64,000 nucleotides of DNA from Gemmatimonadaceae bacterium (GCA_031362845.1 JANLTI010000202.1:11420-75419), one strand, 5' to 3'. Shown: positions 1-12,286, numbered from the stretch's first letter. Numbers and translations: made by a program. Notes: generated by a model from the letters alone, not told the origin.

Positions 1-1156
1 CGATTCGGTACGTGTCTTCGCCACCGCGATTCCCGTGGCGCTGATCATCGGACCGTCGGTGGAGAACAAGGCCCTCGTGATGCCGTTCGCGGTGCTCATC
101 CTCGGCTTCCTGACCGTGCTGTACACGTACAAGGGCGGCATGAAGGCGGTGGTCTGGACCGAATTGCTCCAGGCGTCGATCTACATCAGCGGTGGGCTCG
201 CGGCGGTGTTCATTCTCGGCCGGCTCGTGCCGGGCGGCTGGTCGACGATCTGGGACACCGCGTCCGCGGCGGGAAAGACGAAGGTGATCGATACCTACGT
301 GGGGCTCGACCGTCCGCACACGATCTGGGCGGGACTGATCGGCGGAGCGTTCCTGGCGATGGCCTCTCACGGTACCGATCAGCTGATCGTGCAGCGGCTC
401 ATGACATCGCGGTCGCTCAAGCATGCGCAGCGTGCCATCATCGGCTCGGGCTTCGTCGTCTTTTGCCAGTTCTTCCTCTTCCTGTCCATCGGGCTCGGGC
501 TGTGGGTGTTCTATCGCGGTCGGTCCTTCACGCCGACAGACACCATCTTTCCGACCTTCATCCTTGAGCAGATGCCGGCCGGGCTCGTGGGACTGATCGT
601 CGCCGCGATCGTCGCTGCGACGATGAGTACGCACTCCGGCGCGATCAACTCGCTCGCTGCGGCCACGACGCACGACATCTATCTGCCGCTCAGCAAGCGG
701 TCGGCGGATGATCCGGAGACGCTCAAGATGGGTCGCCGATTCGCGCTCGTCTGGGGCGTCGTGCTCACCCTTGGCGCGCTGCTCTTTCCGCAGGACACCA
801 AGACGCCCGTGGTCGTGGTCGCGCTGGGGATCGCGTCGTTCACGTACGGTGGCCTGCTCGGCGGCTTCGCGCTCGGCATCTTCTGGCGGCGAGCGATCCA
901 GCGTGACGCCATCCTCGGCATGTGCGTCGCCATCTCGACGATGGCTTTCATCGTATTCGCGAAGCCGATCTCTGCTGCCGTTCCCTCGCTCACCGAGACG
1001 CTCGCGCCGTTCGGCCGGATCGCGTGGCCCTGGTACGTGCTGATCGGCACGTCGATCACCCTGCTGGTCGGCATGCTCTCCAGCTTGACCCATCCGATGC
1101 CGCCGCATGATCCGCTCACGTCGTTGGCGAAGGTCGCTCCGGCACGCGCCGCATGA
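1..1156 (+). CDS. sodium:solute symporter (SSS) family transporter, 5'-partial (runs off the window start)
   Basis: ORF 35..1156 stays open in frame back to base 2. Multi-TM protein with SSS-like segments (YTYKGGMKAVVWTELLQ, GTDQLIVQRLM). Its stop overlaps the next start in ATGA at 1153-1156. Confidence 0.82.
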   Translation, partial: DSVRVFATAIPVALIIGPSVENKALVMPFAVLILGFLTVLYTYKGGMKAVVWTELLQASIYISGGLAAVFILGRLVPGGWSTIWDTASAAGKTKVIDTYVGLDRPHTIWAGLIGGAFLAMASHGTDQLIVQRLMTSRSLKHAQRAIIGSGFVVFCQFFLFLSIGLGLWVFYRGRSFTPTDTIFPTFILEQMPAGLVGLIVAAIVAATMSTHSGAINSLAAATTHDIYLPLSKRSADDPETLKMGRRFALVWGVVLTLGALLFPQDTKTPVVVVALGIASFTYGGLLGGFALGIFWRRAIQRDAILGMCVAISTMAFIVFAKPISAAVPSLTETLAPFGRIAWPWYVLIGTSITLLVGMLSSLTHPMPPHDPLTSLAKVAPARAA

Positions 1157-2085
1157 CGTTCATCGTGGTCGGCGTCGATGGCGGTGGATCCAAGACCCGC
1201 GCCGTCGTCGCCGACGATCATGGAACGCTGTTGGCCGATGTCGTCGGACCAGCAAGCAGTGTCAAGCCGGGACACGCCGACGAATCAGCGCAGGTGATAG
1301 CGGATACGGTGCGCCATGCGCTCGCCTCGTGCGCGATGACGCACGTACTCCCCAAGGCGGTGTGCATCGGTGTCGCGGGCGTGGCGCGCGAGCAGGAACG
1401 GCAGGAGCTCTGGCACGCGCTCGTCGGCCACGAGATCGCCGAGGAGATCGTCGTGCACCCCGACTTCGCGATCGCGCTCGATGATGCATTCGGGGACGGG
1501 CCCGGCATTCTGCTCATCAGCGGCACCGGGTCCGTGGCATTCGGTCGGGGGCCGTCCGGGAGCATTGCGCGATGCGGCGGGTGGGGGCCGATGTGCGGCG
1601 ACGAGGGGAGCGGCGCCTGGATGGGTCGTCGTGCGTTGAGCGTCGTGACGGCCTCCGTCGACGGTCGCGAGCCGGAGAGCCTGCTCGTGGGCGCGGTCCT
1701 CACCGCCGCGCAGGTGAACGAGCCGCGCGAACTGGTCGCCTGGGCTGCACAGGCCACGGCAGCACAGCTCGCGACGCTCGCGCCGGTGGTGAGCAGCGTC
1801 GCCGACGCAGGGGACCTGCGCGCCAACGCGTTGATCAGCCTCGCGGTGGAGGAGCTGGTGCTTCACGTACGCGCGCTCGCGCGACAGCTGTTCGGGGACG
1901 AACGCGCGGCATCGCCCGTCGCGTTCAGCGGCGGCATGCTTACGCGAGGTACGACGCTGCGGAAGCGTCTCGAACATCGTCTCAAGAGTGCCGTACCGGG
2001 CGCACAGCTGCATGCCGCGGACATCGACGCCGCGCGCGGCGCCGTGCGAGGCGCGCTGCGCCATGTCGGCGAGTCGAGCAGATGA
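1153..2085 (+). CDS. BadF/BadG/BcrA/BcrD-type ATPase, N-acetylglucosamine-kinase-like sugar kinase
   Basis: N-terminal phosphate-1 motif VGVDGGGSKTRAVVAD, later ISGTGSVAFG and GWGPMCGDEGSGAWMG, typical of this ASKHA sugar-kinase family. ATGA coupling to the upstream transporter. Confidence 0.8.
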   Translation: MTFIVVGVDGGGSKTRAVVADDHGTLLADVVGPASSVKPGHADESAQVIADTVRHALASCAMTHVLPKAVCIGVAGVAREQERQELWHALVGHEIAEEIVVHPDFAIALDDAFGDGPGILLISGTGSVAFGRGPSGSIARCGGWGPMCGDEGSGAWMGRRALSVVTASVDGREPESLLVGAVLTAAQVNEPRELVAWAAQATAAQLATLAPVVSSVADAGDLRANALISLAVEELVLHVRALARQLFGDERAASPVAFSGGMLTRGTTLRKRLEHRLKSAVPGAQLHAADIDAARGAVRGALRHVGESSR

Positions 2086-2116
2086 CGGTCGCAGCATTCG
2101 CCATTCGACCGACTGA

Positions 2117-4567
2117 GTGATTTGGTACCCCGTGCCTGACTCCATGCCTGTCACGCCCGAGTTGCGATCGGGAGGCGAGGACGTCCTCGTCGCCCCGAGC
2201 GTGCCGATCGACCTGACGAACTGCGACCGGGAGCCGATTCATATCCCTGGCGCCGTTCAGCCCTACGGAGTGCTCCTGTCGTTCGCCGCGCCCGCGCTCA
2301 GAGTCCTCCAGGCCAGCGCGTCGGCGCACGCGCTGCTCGGACGCAAGCCAGCGGAGATGCTGGGACGGACACTGCGGGATGTCCTCGGCGAATCAGTGGA
2401 GACCGACGTCCGGCAGATGTTGCTCTCGCCGTCGGGCCGAAGCGACTGCCGCGTCGAGGTGGTCGTCAACGACACACCGTGCCAGTTCGACGCGATCGTG
2501 TACCAGAGCGAAGGCGTCGTGATTCTCGAGCTCGAGCCAGCGATCGCCGCCGAGCACCTCACCGTCGATCGCATGAGCGCGGTGATGCGCGCGACGGTGC
2601 AGAAGCTCGAGCGGGCCGAATCGTTGAGCGAGCTGGCGCAAGGCGTCGCGTCCGAGCTGCGCGACCTCACCGGATTCGATCGGGTGTGGGTCTATCGATT
2701 CCATCCGGACTGGCACGGTGAGATCATCGGCGAGTCGAAGCGAGCCGACGTCGAAACCTGGATGGGGATGCACTATCCCGCGTCCGACATTCCCGCGCAG
2801 GCGCGCGCGCTCTTCCTGCGCAATTGGCTGCGGGTCATCCCCGATGTGGAGTTCGTCGCCTCGTCGCTCGTGCCGGTGGACAACCCCCTTACCGGAGCGC
2901 CGCTCGATCTCGGCGGTTCGTTGTTGCGGAGCGTTTCGCCGATCCACGTGCAGTATCTGCGAAACATGGGAGTGAAGGCGAGCCTCGTCATCTCGCTGAT
3001 TCATCGCGGCAAGTTGTGGGGCTTGATCTCCGGGCACCACTATGCGGGTCCGAAGCGCATCTCATCCGCCGAGCGATCGCTGTGCGAGTTCCTGGCTCAG
3101 GCGCTGTCGTTGCAGATCGGAGTGACCGACCGGCTCGACGAGCGTGCCTACGCGCTCGAGATTCGAACGCAGCAGAGCAGACTCGTCGCACAGCTTGGCG
3201 CGAATGACGGCATTCGTGCGGCGCTGACGGGCGGTGCCGTGACGATGCTCGATCTGGTGACAGCGGATGGCGGGGTCTATGTCCATGACGGCGACATCGC
3301 TCGCATCGGAGCGACACCGGACGAGGCCGAGCTCGCCCGTCTCGTCGAGTGGCTACGAGCACGAACCGATGACTTCTACGAAACGGTGTCGCTGGCTGCG
3401 GACTTCCCACCGGCGGCCAGCTACGTCTCGACCGCGAGCGGAGTGCTGTCCATCCCGCTGACGCGCGATCATCGCGATCTGCTCGTGTGGTTCCGCGGCG
3501 AGATGCGACAGACCGTGCGGTGGGCTGGCGATCCCCGGAAGCCGGTCACGCTGGCAGCCGACGGTTCAGCGCGCCTCCATCCTCGCGGCAGCTTCGAGCT
3601 CTGGGAGGAATTGTCGCGCGGCACCAGCCAGCCCTGGCGGACGATCGAACGTGACGCGGCGCTCGATCTGCGACGGTCCCTGCTCGACCGCCAGATTCGC
3701 CACGCCGAGGACACGGCGACGCTCAATGAGGAGCTGCTGGCCACCAACGCGCAGCTCGCGGAGAACGCGGCCGAACTTCACGTACAAGCGACGGAGCTGG
3801 AGCGGCAACGTGAGGATCGTGAGATTCTCCACGCCCGTGAGCGTGCGGCACGCACCGAGGCCGAAGGCGCCAATCGGGCGAAGGCCGACTTCCTGACGAT
3901 CATGTCGCATGAGCTGCGAACACCGCTCAACGCAATCGGCGGCTACGCACAGCTCATCTCACTCGGCGTCCGTGGCGCGGTCACGGCGGATCAGCATGCG
4001 GATCTCGAGCGGATTCAGGTTAACCAGCGGCATCTGCTCGGCCTGATCAACAGCATTCTCAACTTCACGAAGCTCGAGGCGGGTCAGATCGTCATCACGC
4101 CCACCGTCGTTCGCGTGGCCGACCTACTCGCGGGTGTCGATGCCCTCGTCGGTCCGCAGATGCGTGCGAAGCAGCTGATCCTCACGGTCCGGGAGTGCGC
4201 ACCGAGCATCGTGGTCCACGCCGACGAGGAAAAGCTGCGCCAGATTCTCATCAACCTGCTCACCAATGCGCTGAAGTTCACGCCGGCCGGCGAGGTGATC
4301 GTCTGGTGCGATGCGCACGAGACGACGGTGGCGATCTCGGTGTCCGATACCGGCCGCGGCATCGCCGCTCCGCAACTGTCGTCGGTATTCGAGCCGTTCG
4401 TGCAGATCGACCGCCACGTCACGCTAGAGGCCGAGCAGGGCGTCGGCCTCGGTCTGGCAATCAGCCGCGAGCTCGCGCGCGCCATGCGTGGGGACCTGAG
4501 CGTCGAGAGCATCGTGGGCGAAGGCTCCACCTTCACACTCACGCTCCCGCGGATCGCGTCAGCCTGA
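2117..4567 (+). CDS. bphP: bacteriophytochrome sensor histidine kinase (PAS-GAF-PHY-HisKA-HATPase)
   Basis: Biliverdin-Cys context DLTNCDREPIHIPGAVQPYGVLL. GAF motifs YPASDIPAQAR and WGLISGHH. PHY tongue PRGSF. H-box SHELRTPLNAI. HATPase boxes NALKFT, DTGRGI, GVGLGLAISR. GTG 2117 is the longest start; ATG 2144 (MPVTPEL) is a plausible alternative. Confidence 0.93.
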   Translation: MIWYPVPDSMPVTPELRSGGEDVLVAPSVPIDLTNCDREPIHIPGAVQPYGVLLSFAAPALRVLQASASAHALLGRKPAEMLGRTLRDVLGESVETDVRQMLLSPSGRSDCRVEVVVNDTPCQFDAIVYQSEGVVILELEPAIAAEHLTVDRMSAVMRATVQKLERAESLSELAQGVASELRDLTGFDRVWVYRFHPDWHGEIIGESKRADVETWMGMHYPASDIPAQARALFLRNWLRVIPDVEFVASSLVPVDNPLTGAPLDLGGSLLRSVSPIHVQYLRNMGVKASLVISLIHRGKLWGLISGHHYAGPKRISSAERSLCEFLAQALSLQIGVTDRLDERAYALEIRTQQSRLVAQLGANDGIRAALTGGAVTMLDLVTADGGVYVHDGDIARIGATPDEAELARLVEWLRARTDDFYETVSLAADFPPAASYVSTASGVLSIPLTRDHRDLLVWFRGEMRQTVRWAGDPRKPVTLAADGSARLHPRGSFELWEELSRGTSQPWRTIERDAALDLRRSLLDRQIRHAEDTATLNEELLATNAQLAENAAELHVQATELERQREDREILHARERAARTEAEGANRAKADFLTIMSHELRTPLNAIGGYAQLISLGVRGAVTADQHADLERIQVNQRHLLGLINSILNFTKLEAGQIVITPTVVRVADLLAGVDALVGPQMRAKQLILTVRECAPSIVVHADEEKLRQILINLLTNALKFTPAGEVIVWCDAHETTVAISVSDTGRGIAAPQLSSVFEPFVQIDRHVTLEAEQGVGLGLAISRELARAMRGDLSVESIVGEGSTFTLTLPRIASA

Positions 4568-4617
4568 CCCAGGTGAGTGGAGCGCTCGAGCGCCGACTGG
4601 AGCAGGCTCGCCGTCGA

Positions 4618-5991
4618 TCAGGCGCTGAACGGACGATCTCCCCCCTCACGAACGACCGGCATGCTCAGGGGCGCACCCGCGAGCGAATCGGTGACCGGCA
4701 TGTCCGACCCGGGCGTGTCGAACGTGCCTTCCCAGCGCGCCATCACCACGGTCGCAAGGCAGTTACCGACCAGATTGATGGAGGTGCGCGCCATGTCCAT
4801 CAAGGCGTCCACTCCGAGAATGACAGCGACGCCCTCGAGCGGGAGGCCGAACTGCGCGAGCGCACCCGAGAGGATCACGAGCGACGCACGCGGCACCGCC
4901 GCCACCCCTTTGCTCGTGAGCATCAGCGTGAGCATCATCAGGATCTGTGTCGAGATCGGCATGTCGATGCCCGCCGCCTGCGCGACGAAGACGGACGCCA
5001 GGGCGAGATACAGCGTGCTCCCGTCGAGATTGAACGAATAGCCGGTGGGAAGCACGAACGAGACGATGCGGCGGGGTACTCCGAGCTTCTCCATGTTCTG
5101 GAGCGCAAGTGGCAACGCCGCCTCCGACGACGCGGTGGTGAAGGCGATGAGCCACGGCTCCTTCGTCTTTTCCCAGAAGCGGCGCAGCGGCACCTTGAAC
5201 AGCAGCGCGATCGGCAGCAGCACGAACACCACGAAGAAGATGAGCGCGCCATAGAGCGTGAGTACGAGCACGCCGAGATTCTGGAGCACGCCGAGTCCGC
5301 TCTTGCCGACCGTTACCGCGATGGCGGCCCCGATTCCGAAGGGCGCGAACTTCATCACGATGCCGACGAACTTGAACATCACCTCGCTCAGGCTCTCACA
5401 GAACGAGAGCATGAATGCCTTCGCGGGTCCCTGCACCTGGGAAAGCGCGACGGCGAAGATGATGGCGAAGAAGACGATCTGGAGCACCTCGTTCTTCGCC
5501 GCGGCCTCGAAGAAGCTCTGTGGCACCGTGTGTTCGATCACGCCCGCGAAGGTGGTTTTCGTCTTCGCGAACTCGGATCCCGCGGCCGACGTCGCGGCGG
5601 TGAGATTCACGCCGCGCCCAGGCTTCACCAGGTTGACCGCCACGAGGCCGACGACGAGCGCCAGCGTCGTCACGACCTCGAAGTAGACAATCGACCGGAA
5701 CGCGAGCTTGCCCACGCGCTTCATGTCGTCGCCATGGCCGGCGATACCGACCACCAGCGTGGCGAACAGGAGCGGCACGATCAACGACTTGATCATGCGC
5801 AGGAAGACGGTGGACAGCACCTGGAGGTCCGAGGCCTGGAATCCGCCCGCGCCCTCGGGGCGGTCGGGAAACAGATATCCGATCAGGATCCCAAGCACCA
5901 TCGAGATGACGATCCACTGCGTCTGCGAAATACGACCCAGCCCCGCGCGTGGTGCGGACGGCGCGGGCGTTCCAGCTGCCACTCCAGTCAT
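4618..5991 (-). CDS. dicarboxylate/amino acid:cation symporter (DAACS, GltP/DctA-like)
   Basis: Multi-TM protein with DAACS-like segments (GTTVGIINAF-type helices, SSEAALP, NLDGSTLY, MDMARTSINLVGN). Start moved to ATG 5991, which forms an ATGA overlap with the upstream stop (tcat at 5988-5991). The 61 extra ORF codons are Arg-rich and overlap the upstream gene. Confidence 0.86.
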   Translation of the reverse strand: MTGVAAGTPAPSAPRAGLGRISQTQWIVISMVLGILIGYLFPDRPEGAGGFQASDLQVLSTVFLRMIKSLIVPLLFATLVVGIAGHGDDMKRVGKLAFRSIVYFEVVTTLALVVGLVAVNLVKPGRGVNLTAATSAAGSEFAKTKTTFAGVIEHTVPQSFFEAAAKNEVLQIVFFAIIFAVALSQVQGPAKAFMLSFCESLSEVMFKFVGIVMKFAPFGIGAAIAVTVGKSGLGVLQNLGVLVLTLYGALIFFVVFVLLPIALLFKVPLRRFWEKTKEPWLIAFTTASSEAALPLALQNMEKLGVPRRIVSFVLPTGYSFNLDGSTLYLALASVFVAQAAGIDMPISTQILMMLTLMLTSKGVAAVPRASLVILSGALAQFGLPLEGVAVILGVDALMDMARTSINLVGNCLATVVMARWEGTFDTPGSDMPVTDSLAGAPLSMPVVREGGDRPFSA

Positions 5992-7502
5992 CGAGTCAGC
6001 GATTCGGGGGAGGACGCGGCTGCGCTCCGGCGCAGCACGGAGTTGCGGAAGCCGTACGCGAAATACAGCGCGATACCGATCGCGAGCCACCAGCCGAAAC
6101 GCACCCAGGCTTGTGGTGGCAGTCCCTTCATCACGAACAGGCATGCCGCTGCGCCGCCGAGGCACACCGGCCACACGAAGGGCACGCGGAAGGGACGCGG
6201 ACGATCGGGGTCGGTGTGCCGCAGCACGAGGACACCCACGCAGACGAGCGCGAAGGCGAACAGCGTCCCGATGTTCGTGAGGTCGTAAGTCTCACCAGCG
6301 TCGCCGATGAGCGACCAGCCGGCCACGACCAGGCCGGTGATGATCGTCGTCACGTACGGAACGCGAGTACGTGCGTGCACGCGTCCGGCGAATTTCGGCA
6401 GGAGTCCGTCCCGGGCCATCGCGTAGAAGATGCGAGGCTGGCCGTACTGAAAGACGAGGAGCACCGCCGTCATCGAGAACACCGCGCCGAGGGCGACGAG
6501 CCACGCCGCACCCTGCATGCCCGTGCTCTGGAGCGCATAGGCGAGCGGATCGGCGTGGACGCTCGGGTCCAGCTCCTTGTAGCTCACCATGCCCGTCAGG
6601 ACGAACCCGACCACGACGTAGATGATCGTGCAGATCGCCAGTCCACCAAGGATGCCGATCGGCAGGTTGCGCTGCGGATTCTTCGTCTCCTCGGCCGCCG
6701 TCGAGATGGCGTCGAATCCGATGTACGCGAAGAAGACGATCGCCGCGCCATTGTGGATGCCGGTGAAGCCACCCGGGGCGAACGGTGTGTAGTTGGCCGG
6801 GTTGATCTTCGTGAGGCCGGCAGCGATGAACAGGCCGAGCGCGAGCAGCTTCACGGCGACCATGACATTGTTGGCGCGCGAGCTTTCCTTCGCGCCGCGC
6901 AACAGGACGAGCGTCACCAGCAGGACGATCGCCGCCGCGGGAACGTTGACGAGAATCGGAATGCCGGCGACTCTCGGGGCCGAGGCGAGCAGACCGTGCA
7001 CGCCGGGGTCGGAGCTGAGGAGTGCCGTTCGATATCCGGTCGTGAGCCAGACGGGCAAGTGGAGGAATCCGCCCGTCAACGTCTTGAAGTAGTCGCCCCA
7101 GGAGATCGCCACCGCCACGTTGCCGACGGCGTACTCGAGAATGAGGTCCCAGCCGATGATCCAGGCCACCAACTCGCCGAGCGTCGCGTAGCAGTACGCA
7201 TAGGCACTCCCCGCCTGCGGAATCATCGACGCGAGTTCGGCGTAGCAGAGCGCCGCGAGCGCGCACACGCCGCCGAGGAGCAGGAACGAGAACACCAGCG
7301 CAGGTCCCGCCGGCTGTCGGATCACCGTTCCCGCTGCATCGATCTGTCCGGCCGCGGCGGTCCCGATTGCGCCGAAGATGCCGGCGCCGATCACGGCGCC
7401 GATCGCGAGCATCACCAGATCGCCCGCTCCGAGGACTCGCTTGAGTCCATTGGGGTCATCGTGGAGGACCGCGATCGGCTTGCGAGCGAAGAGCGAATTC
7501 AT
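5988..7502 (-). CDS. amino acid permease, APC superfamily
   Basis: 504 aa, about 12 TM. N-terminal signature GAGDLVMLAIGAVIGAGIFGAIG, typical of APC/cationic amino acid transporters. Confidence 0.87.
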   Translation of the reverse strand: MNSLFARKPIAVLHDDPNGLKRVLGAGDLVMLAIGAVIGAGIFGAIGTAAAGQIDAAGTVIRQPAGPALVFSFLLLGGVCALAALCYAELASMIPQAGSAYAYCYATLGELVAWIIGWDLILEYAVGNVAVAISWGDYFKTLTGGFLHLPVWLTTGYRTALLSSDPGVHGLLASAPRVAGIPILVNVPAAAIVLLVTLVLLRGAKESSRANNVMVAVKLLALGLFIAAGLTKINPANYTPFAPGGFTGIHNGAAIVFFAYIGFDAISTAAEETKNPQRNLPIGILGGLAICTIIYVVVGFVLTGMVSYKELDPSVHADPLAYALQSTGMQGAAWLVALGAVFSMTAVLLVFQYGQPRIFYAMARDGLLPKFAGRVHARTRVPYVTTIITGLVVAGWSLIGDAGETYDLTNIGTLFAFALVCVGVLVLRHTDPDRPRPFRVPFVWPVCLGGAAACLFVMKGLPPQAWVRFGWWLAIGIALYFAYGFRNSVLRRSAAASSPESLTR

Positions 7503-7522
7503 GCGCGGAAGGGCTGGTCGCG

Positions 7523-9709
<2,187 letters not shown>

Positions 9710-9748
9710 GATGCGTTGAATGGGGGAATGCGGAAAACCGCCGGCAGG

Positions 9749-11281
9749 TCAGGCCTGGGCGGTGGCGGGGCGCTCTGCGCGGCGCCAGAGGTAGAACACG
9801 GGAATGCCGATGAGCACCAGCACGAGGCCGGACACCGCTTCGGTGCGCGTCGTGGGGGACAGGAGGAGCAACACCATGACGCCGCAGCACAACACGATAT
9901 AAAGCAACGGCAGCAGCGGATACCCGAATGCCCGGTACGGACGGACGATGTCCGGCCGCTTCGCCCGCAGGATGAAGAGGCCCGCTGTGGTGAAGACGTA
10001 GAACAGCAGGGCCGCGAAGATGACGTAGTTGAGCAGCTGATTGTACGTGCCGGACAGGCAGAGAAACGCCGTCCAGATCGATTGCACGACCAGCGCGAAG
10101 GCGGGAACGCGATTGGCGTTCAGCGTTCCGGCGCGCTTGAAGAACAGGCCGTCGCGGGACATGGCATAGAGCACGCGCGAACCCGAGAGGATGAGTCCGT
10201 TGTTGCAGCCGAACGTGGAGATGAGAATGGCGACGGCCATGATCGCGGCCGCGCTCACGCCGAAGATCGTCTCGGCAACGGCCGTCGCGACACGGTCCTG
10301 CGTGGCGTGACGGATGCCGCGTTCGAGGACCGACGCGCCGCCGGCAACGCCATCGAACGGCAGGACACTCAGATAGGCGAAGTTGGCGGCGATGTAGAGG
10401 ATGCACACCAGACCCGTGCCCATCAGCAGCGCGAGCGGGAGGTTGCGCGACGGGTTCTTCACCTCGGCCGCCGCGAAGGTCACGCCGTTCCACGCATCGC
10501 TGGAGAAGAGCGAACCGACCATAGCGGCGCCGAAGGCGACGACGAGCGTGTAGGTCAGGGTCCACTCGCCGCTAAAATTACCCGCGCTGAAATTGGCGGC
10601 GATGGCGTCGGCGTTCCGGCCCAGCGTCAATCCGAGCAGGATCAGCAGGGCGAGCGCGCCGGTCTTCACGACGGTCAGCGTCGTCTGGACCATCTTGCCC
10701 TCGCGCACGCCGCGCAGGTTGATCCACGTGAGCACGGCAATGCTCAGCAGCCCCACCAGTCGCTGCGGGTTGAGTCCAAGGGTGATCGCGTTGGCGGCAT
10801 CGGTACAGCCGAGCACCGCAATGCACACGTCGCCGCGCGGGAACCAGGTGAAGAAGTCGGGGCTGATGCCCGGTACCAGCACGCCGAAAAATCGGCCGAA
10901 TGCCACGGCGACCGCGGCAATGGTTCCGGTCTGGATGACCGCGAAGAACGTCCACCCGTAGAGGAAGCCCATGAGCGGACCCATGGATTCCCGCAGGAAC
11001 ACGTATTGCCCGCCCGCCTTCGGATACATCGCCGCAAGCTCTCCGTACGCGAGCGCCCCGAGCACGGTCATCACACTCGAGAGCACCCAGGCGAGCACGA
11101 GCCACATCGGCGAGGGGACGCCGCGGGCGATGCTGGCCGACGTGATGAAGATGCCGGACCCGATCATCGAACCGGCGACGAGCATCGTCGCATCGGTCAG
11201 GGACATCGCTTTCACGAAGCCCGACGTCGACTCGGCGTCGGACAGCGGCGTGGCGTCGGTCGGACGGGCCGAGCTGCTCAT
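9749..11281 (-). CDS. amino acid permease, APC superfamily (LAT/SteT-like)
   Basis: 510 aa, 12 TM. N-terminal LTDATMLVAGSMIGSGIFITSA and YGELAAMYPKAGGQYVFL, typical of APC/L-type transporters. Confidence 0.87.
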   Translation of the reverse strand: MSSSARPTDATPLSDAESTSGFVKAMSLTDATMLVAGSMIGSGIFITSASIARGVPSPMWLVLAWVLSSVMTVLGALAYGELAAMYPKAGGQYVFLRESMGPLMGFLYGWTFFAVIQTGTIAAVAVAFGRFFGVLVPGISPDFFTWFPRGDVCIAVLGCTDAANAITLGLNPQRLVGLLSIAVLTWINLRGVREGKMVQTTLTVVKTGALALLILLGLTLGRNADAIAANFSAGNFSGEWTLTYTLVVAFGAAMVGSLFSSDAWNGVTFAAAEVKNPSRNLPLALLMGTGLVCILYIAANFAYLSVLPFDGVAGGASVLERGIRHATQDRVATAVAETIFGVSAAAIMAVAILISTFGCNNGLILSGSRVLYAMSRDGLFFKRAGTLNANRVPAFALVVQSIWTAFLCLSGTYNQLLNYVIFAALLFYVFTTAGLFILRAKRPDIVRPYRAFGYPLLPLLYIVLCCGVMVLLLLSPTTRTEAVSGLVLVLIGIPVFYLWRRAERPATAQA

Positions 11282-11431
11282 TCAGAACGCGGAAAAAGCG
11301 GGAAGGACGTCGAAGGCGAAGGCCGCCGGCGTTTTTTCGTGGCAATCTGGCAGAATGTAGAGATGCGCAGGGGGGATCGCTAGACCGCGGTCGGTGAAAT
11401 CACGACGGGTGGATCCCTGAGGTACGACCCG

Positions 11432-12286
11432 CTAGAAGTCGTATCCGATCTGCATCTTCATGCGCAGCGGCGTTCCGTCGGGACGCGTGCCGGGACGGAA
11501 GCGCATCGAGCGCAGGACGCTCGCGATGCGCCGGTTGTACCCACCGTCGCGCGTCTCCGTGAACTTGACGTCGAGCACGCGGCCGGTTGAATCCACATCG
11601 AACTCGGCGATGAATCGAAATCCGCGCACACCCGATGGCGCCGGCAGCGGTGGGAGAAAAAACTCGATGGGCTGCGGCGGGAAGTTGGCTTGATTTCCGC
11701 CGCCGGTACCGGGGCCGACCGCACTGCCGCGCCCAGTGCCCGTGCCAGCACCCGTGCCGCCACCACTGCCGGGACCGGCACCCGCAGTCGCGTCGCTGCC
11801 ACTGCCGCCACCGGCGCCCGGTGCGACGGCGACCTGTGACGGCGGAGTGGGCGCGACGCTCTGCTGCTCCTGTGATTTCGCTGGCGGTGGGGGCTCCACC
11901 GCCTTGGGCGCAACCGGCTCGACCTTGGGAGTCGGCAGCGGCGGCGGGACGGCGGGCAGCGACGTCGGCGTCGGCACCGGATCGGGCGCCAGCCGCACAT
12001 AGCGCAGCGTCTCCACCGTACCGCCTCCCGTGCCGCGACGTCCTCCTCCACCGCCGCCTGCCGGGCCCGCGCCCCCCGCACCCTGCTCGATGCGCGCGAT
12101 CACGGTATCGGTGAACACGAGCGGCACCACGATCAATCCGATGATCAGCAGGTGGAGTGCGATGGAAATGATCATGCTCGCGCGTCGTCCGTCGTCGCGA
12201 CGCGGCAGGCCGAGTGGAACGCGGTACCGCGGTCGAGTCTCCGGGTCCGGTGGATCGTGGGTGGTGCGGTTTTCGTGCGCGCTCAT
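11432..12286 (-). CDS. tonB: TonB family energy transducer (paralog 1)
   Basis: N-terminal TM (MIISIALHLLIIGLIVVPLV). Pro-rich spacer (PVPTPTSLPAVPPPLPTPKVEPVAPKAVEPPPP) flanked by Gly-rich tracts. C-terminal TonB_C-like domain. Last gene of the ExbBD cluster. Confidence 0.78.
   Translation of the reverse strand: MSAHENRTTHDPPDPETRPRYRVPLGLPRRDDGRRASMIISIALHLLIIGLIVVPLVFTDTVIARIEQGAGGAGPAGGGGGGRRGTGGGTVETLRYVRLAPDPVPTPTSLPAVPPPLPTPKVEPVAPKAVEPPPPAKSQEQQSVAPTPPSQVAVAPGAGGGSGSDATAGAGPGSGGGTGAGTGTGRGSAVGPGTGGGNQANFPPQPIEFFLPPLPAPSGVRGFRFIAEFDVDSTGRVLDVKFTETRDGGYNRRIASVLRSMRFRPGTRPDGTPLRMKMQIGYDF

Noticed and set aside
4583-4594. Palindrome GCGCTCGAGCGC between convergent bphP and the DAACS gene, considered as a terminator.
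   Set aside because: Only about 4 bp of stem is possible once a loop is allowed, and there is no U-tract. That is too weak to call.
4195-6288. 697-aa plus-strand ORF spanning the bphP 3' end and two transporter genes.
   Set aside because: It runs antisense to two well-supported transporter genes. The translation is Arg/His/Asp/Glu-rich low-complexity sequence with no recognisable domain. This is a typical stop-poor shadow frame in high-GC DNA.
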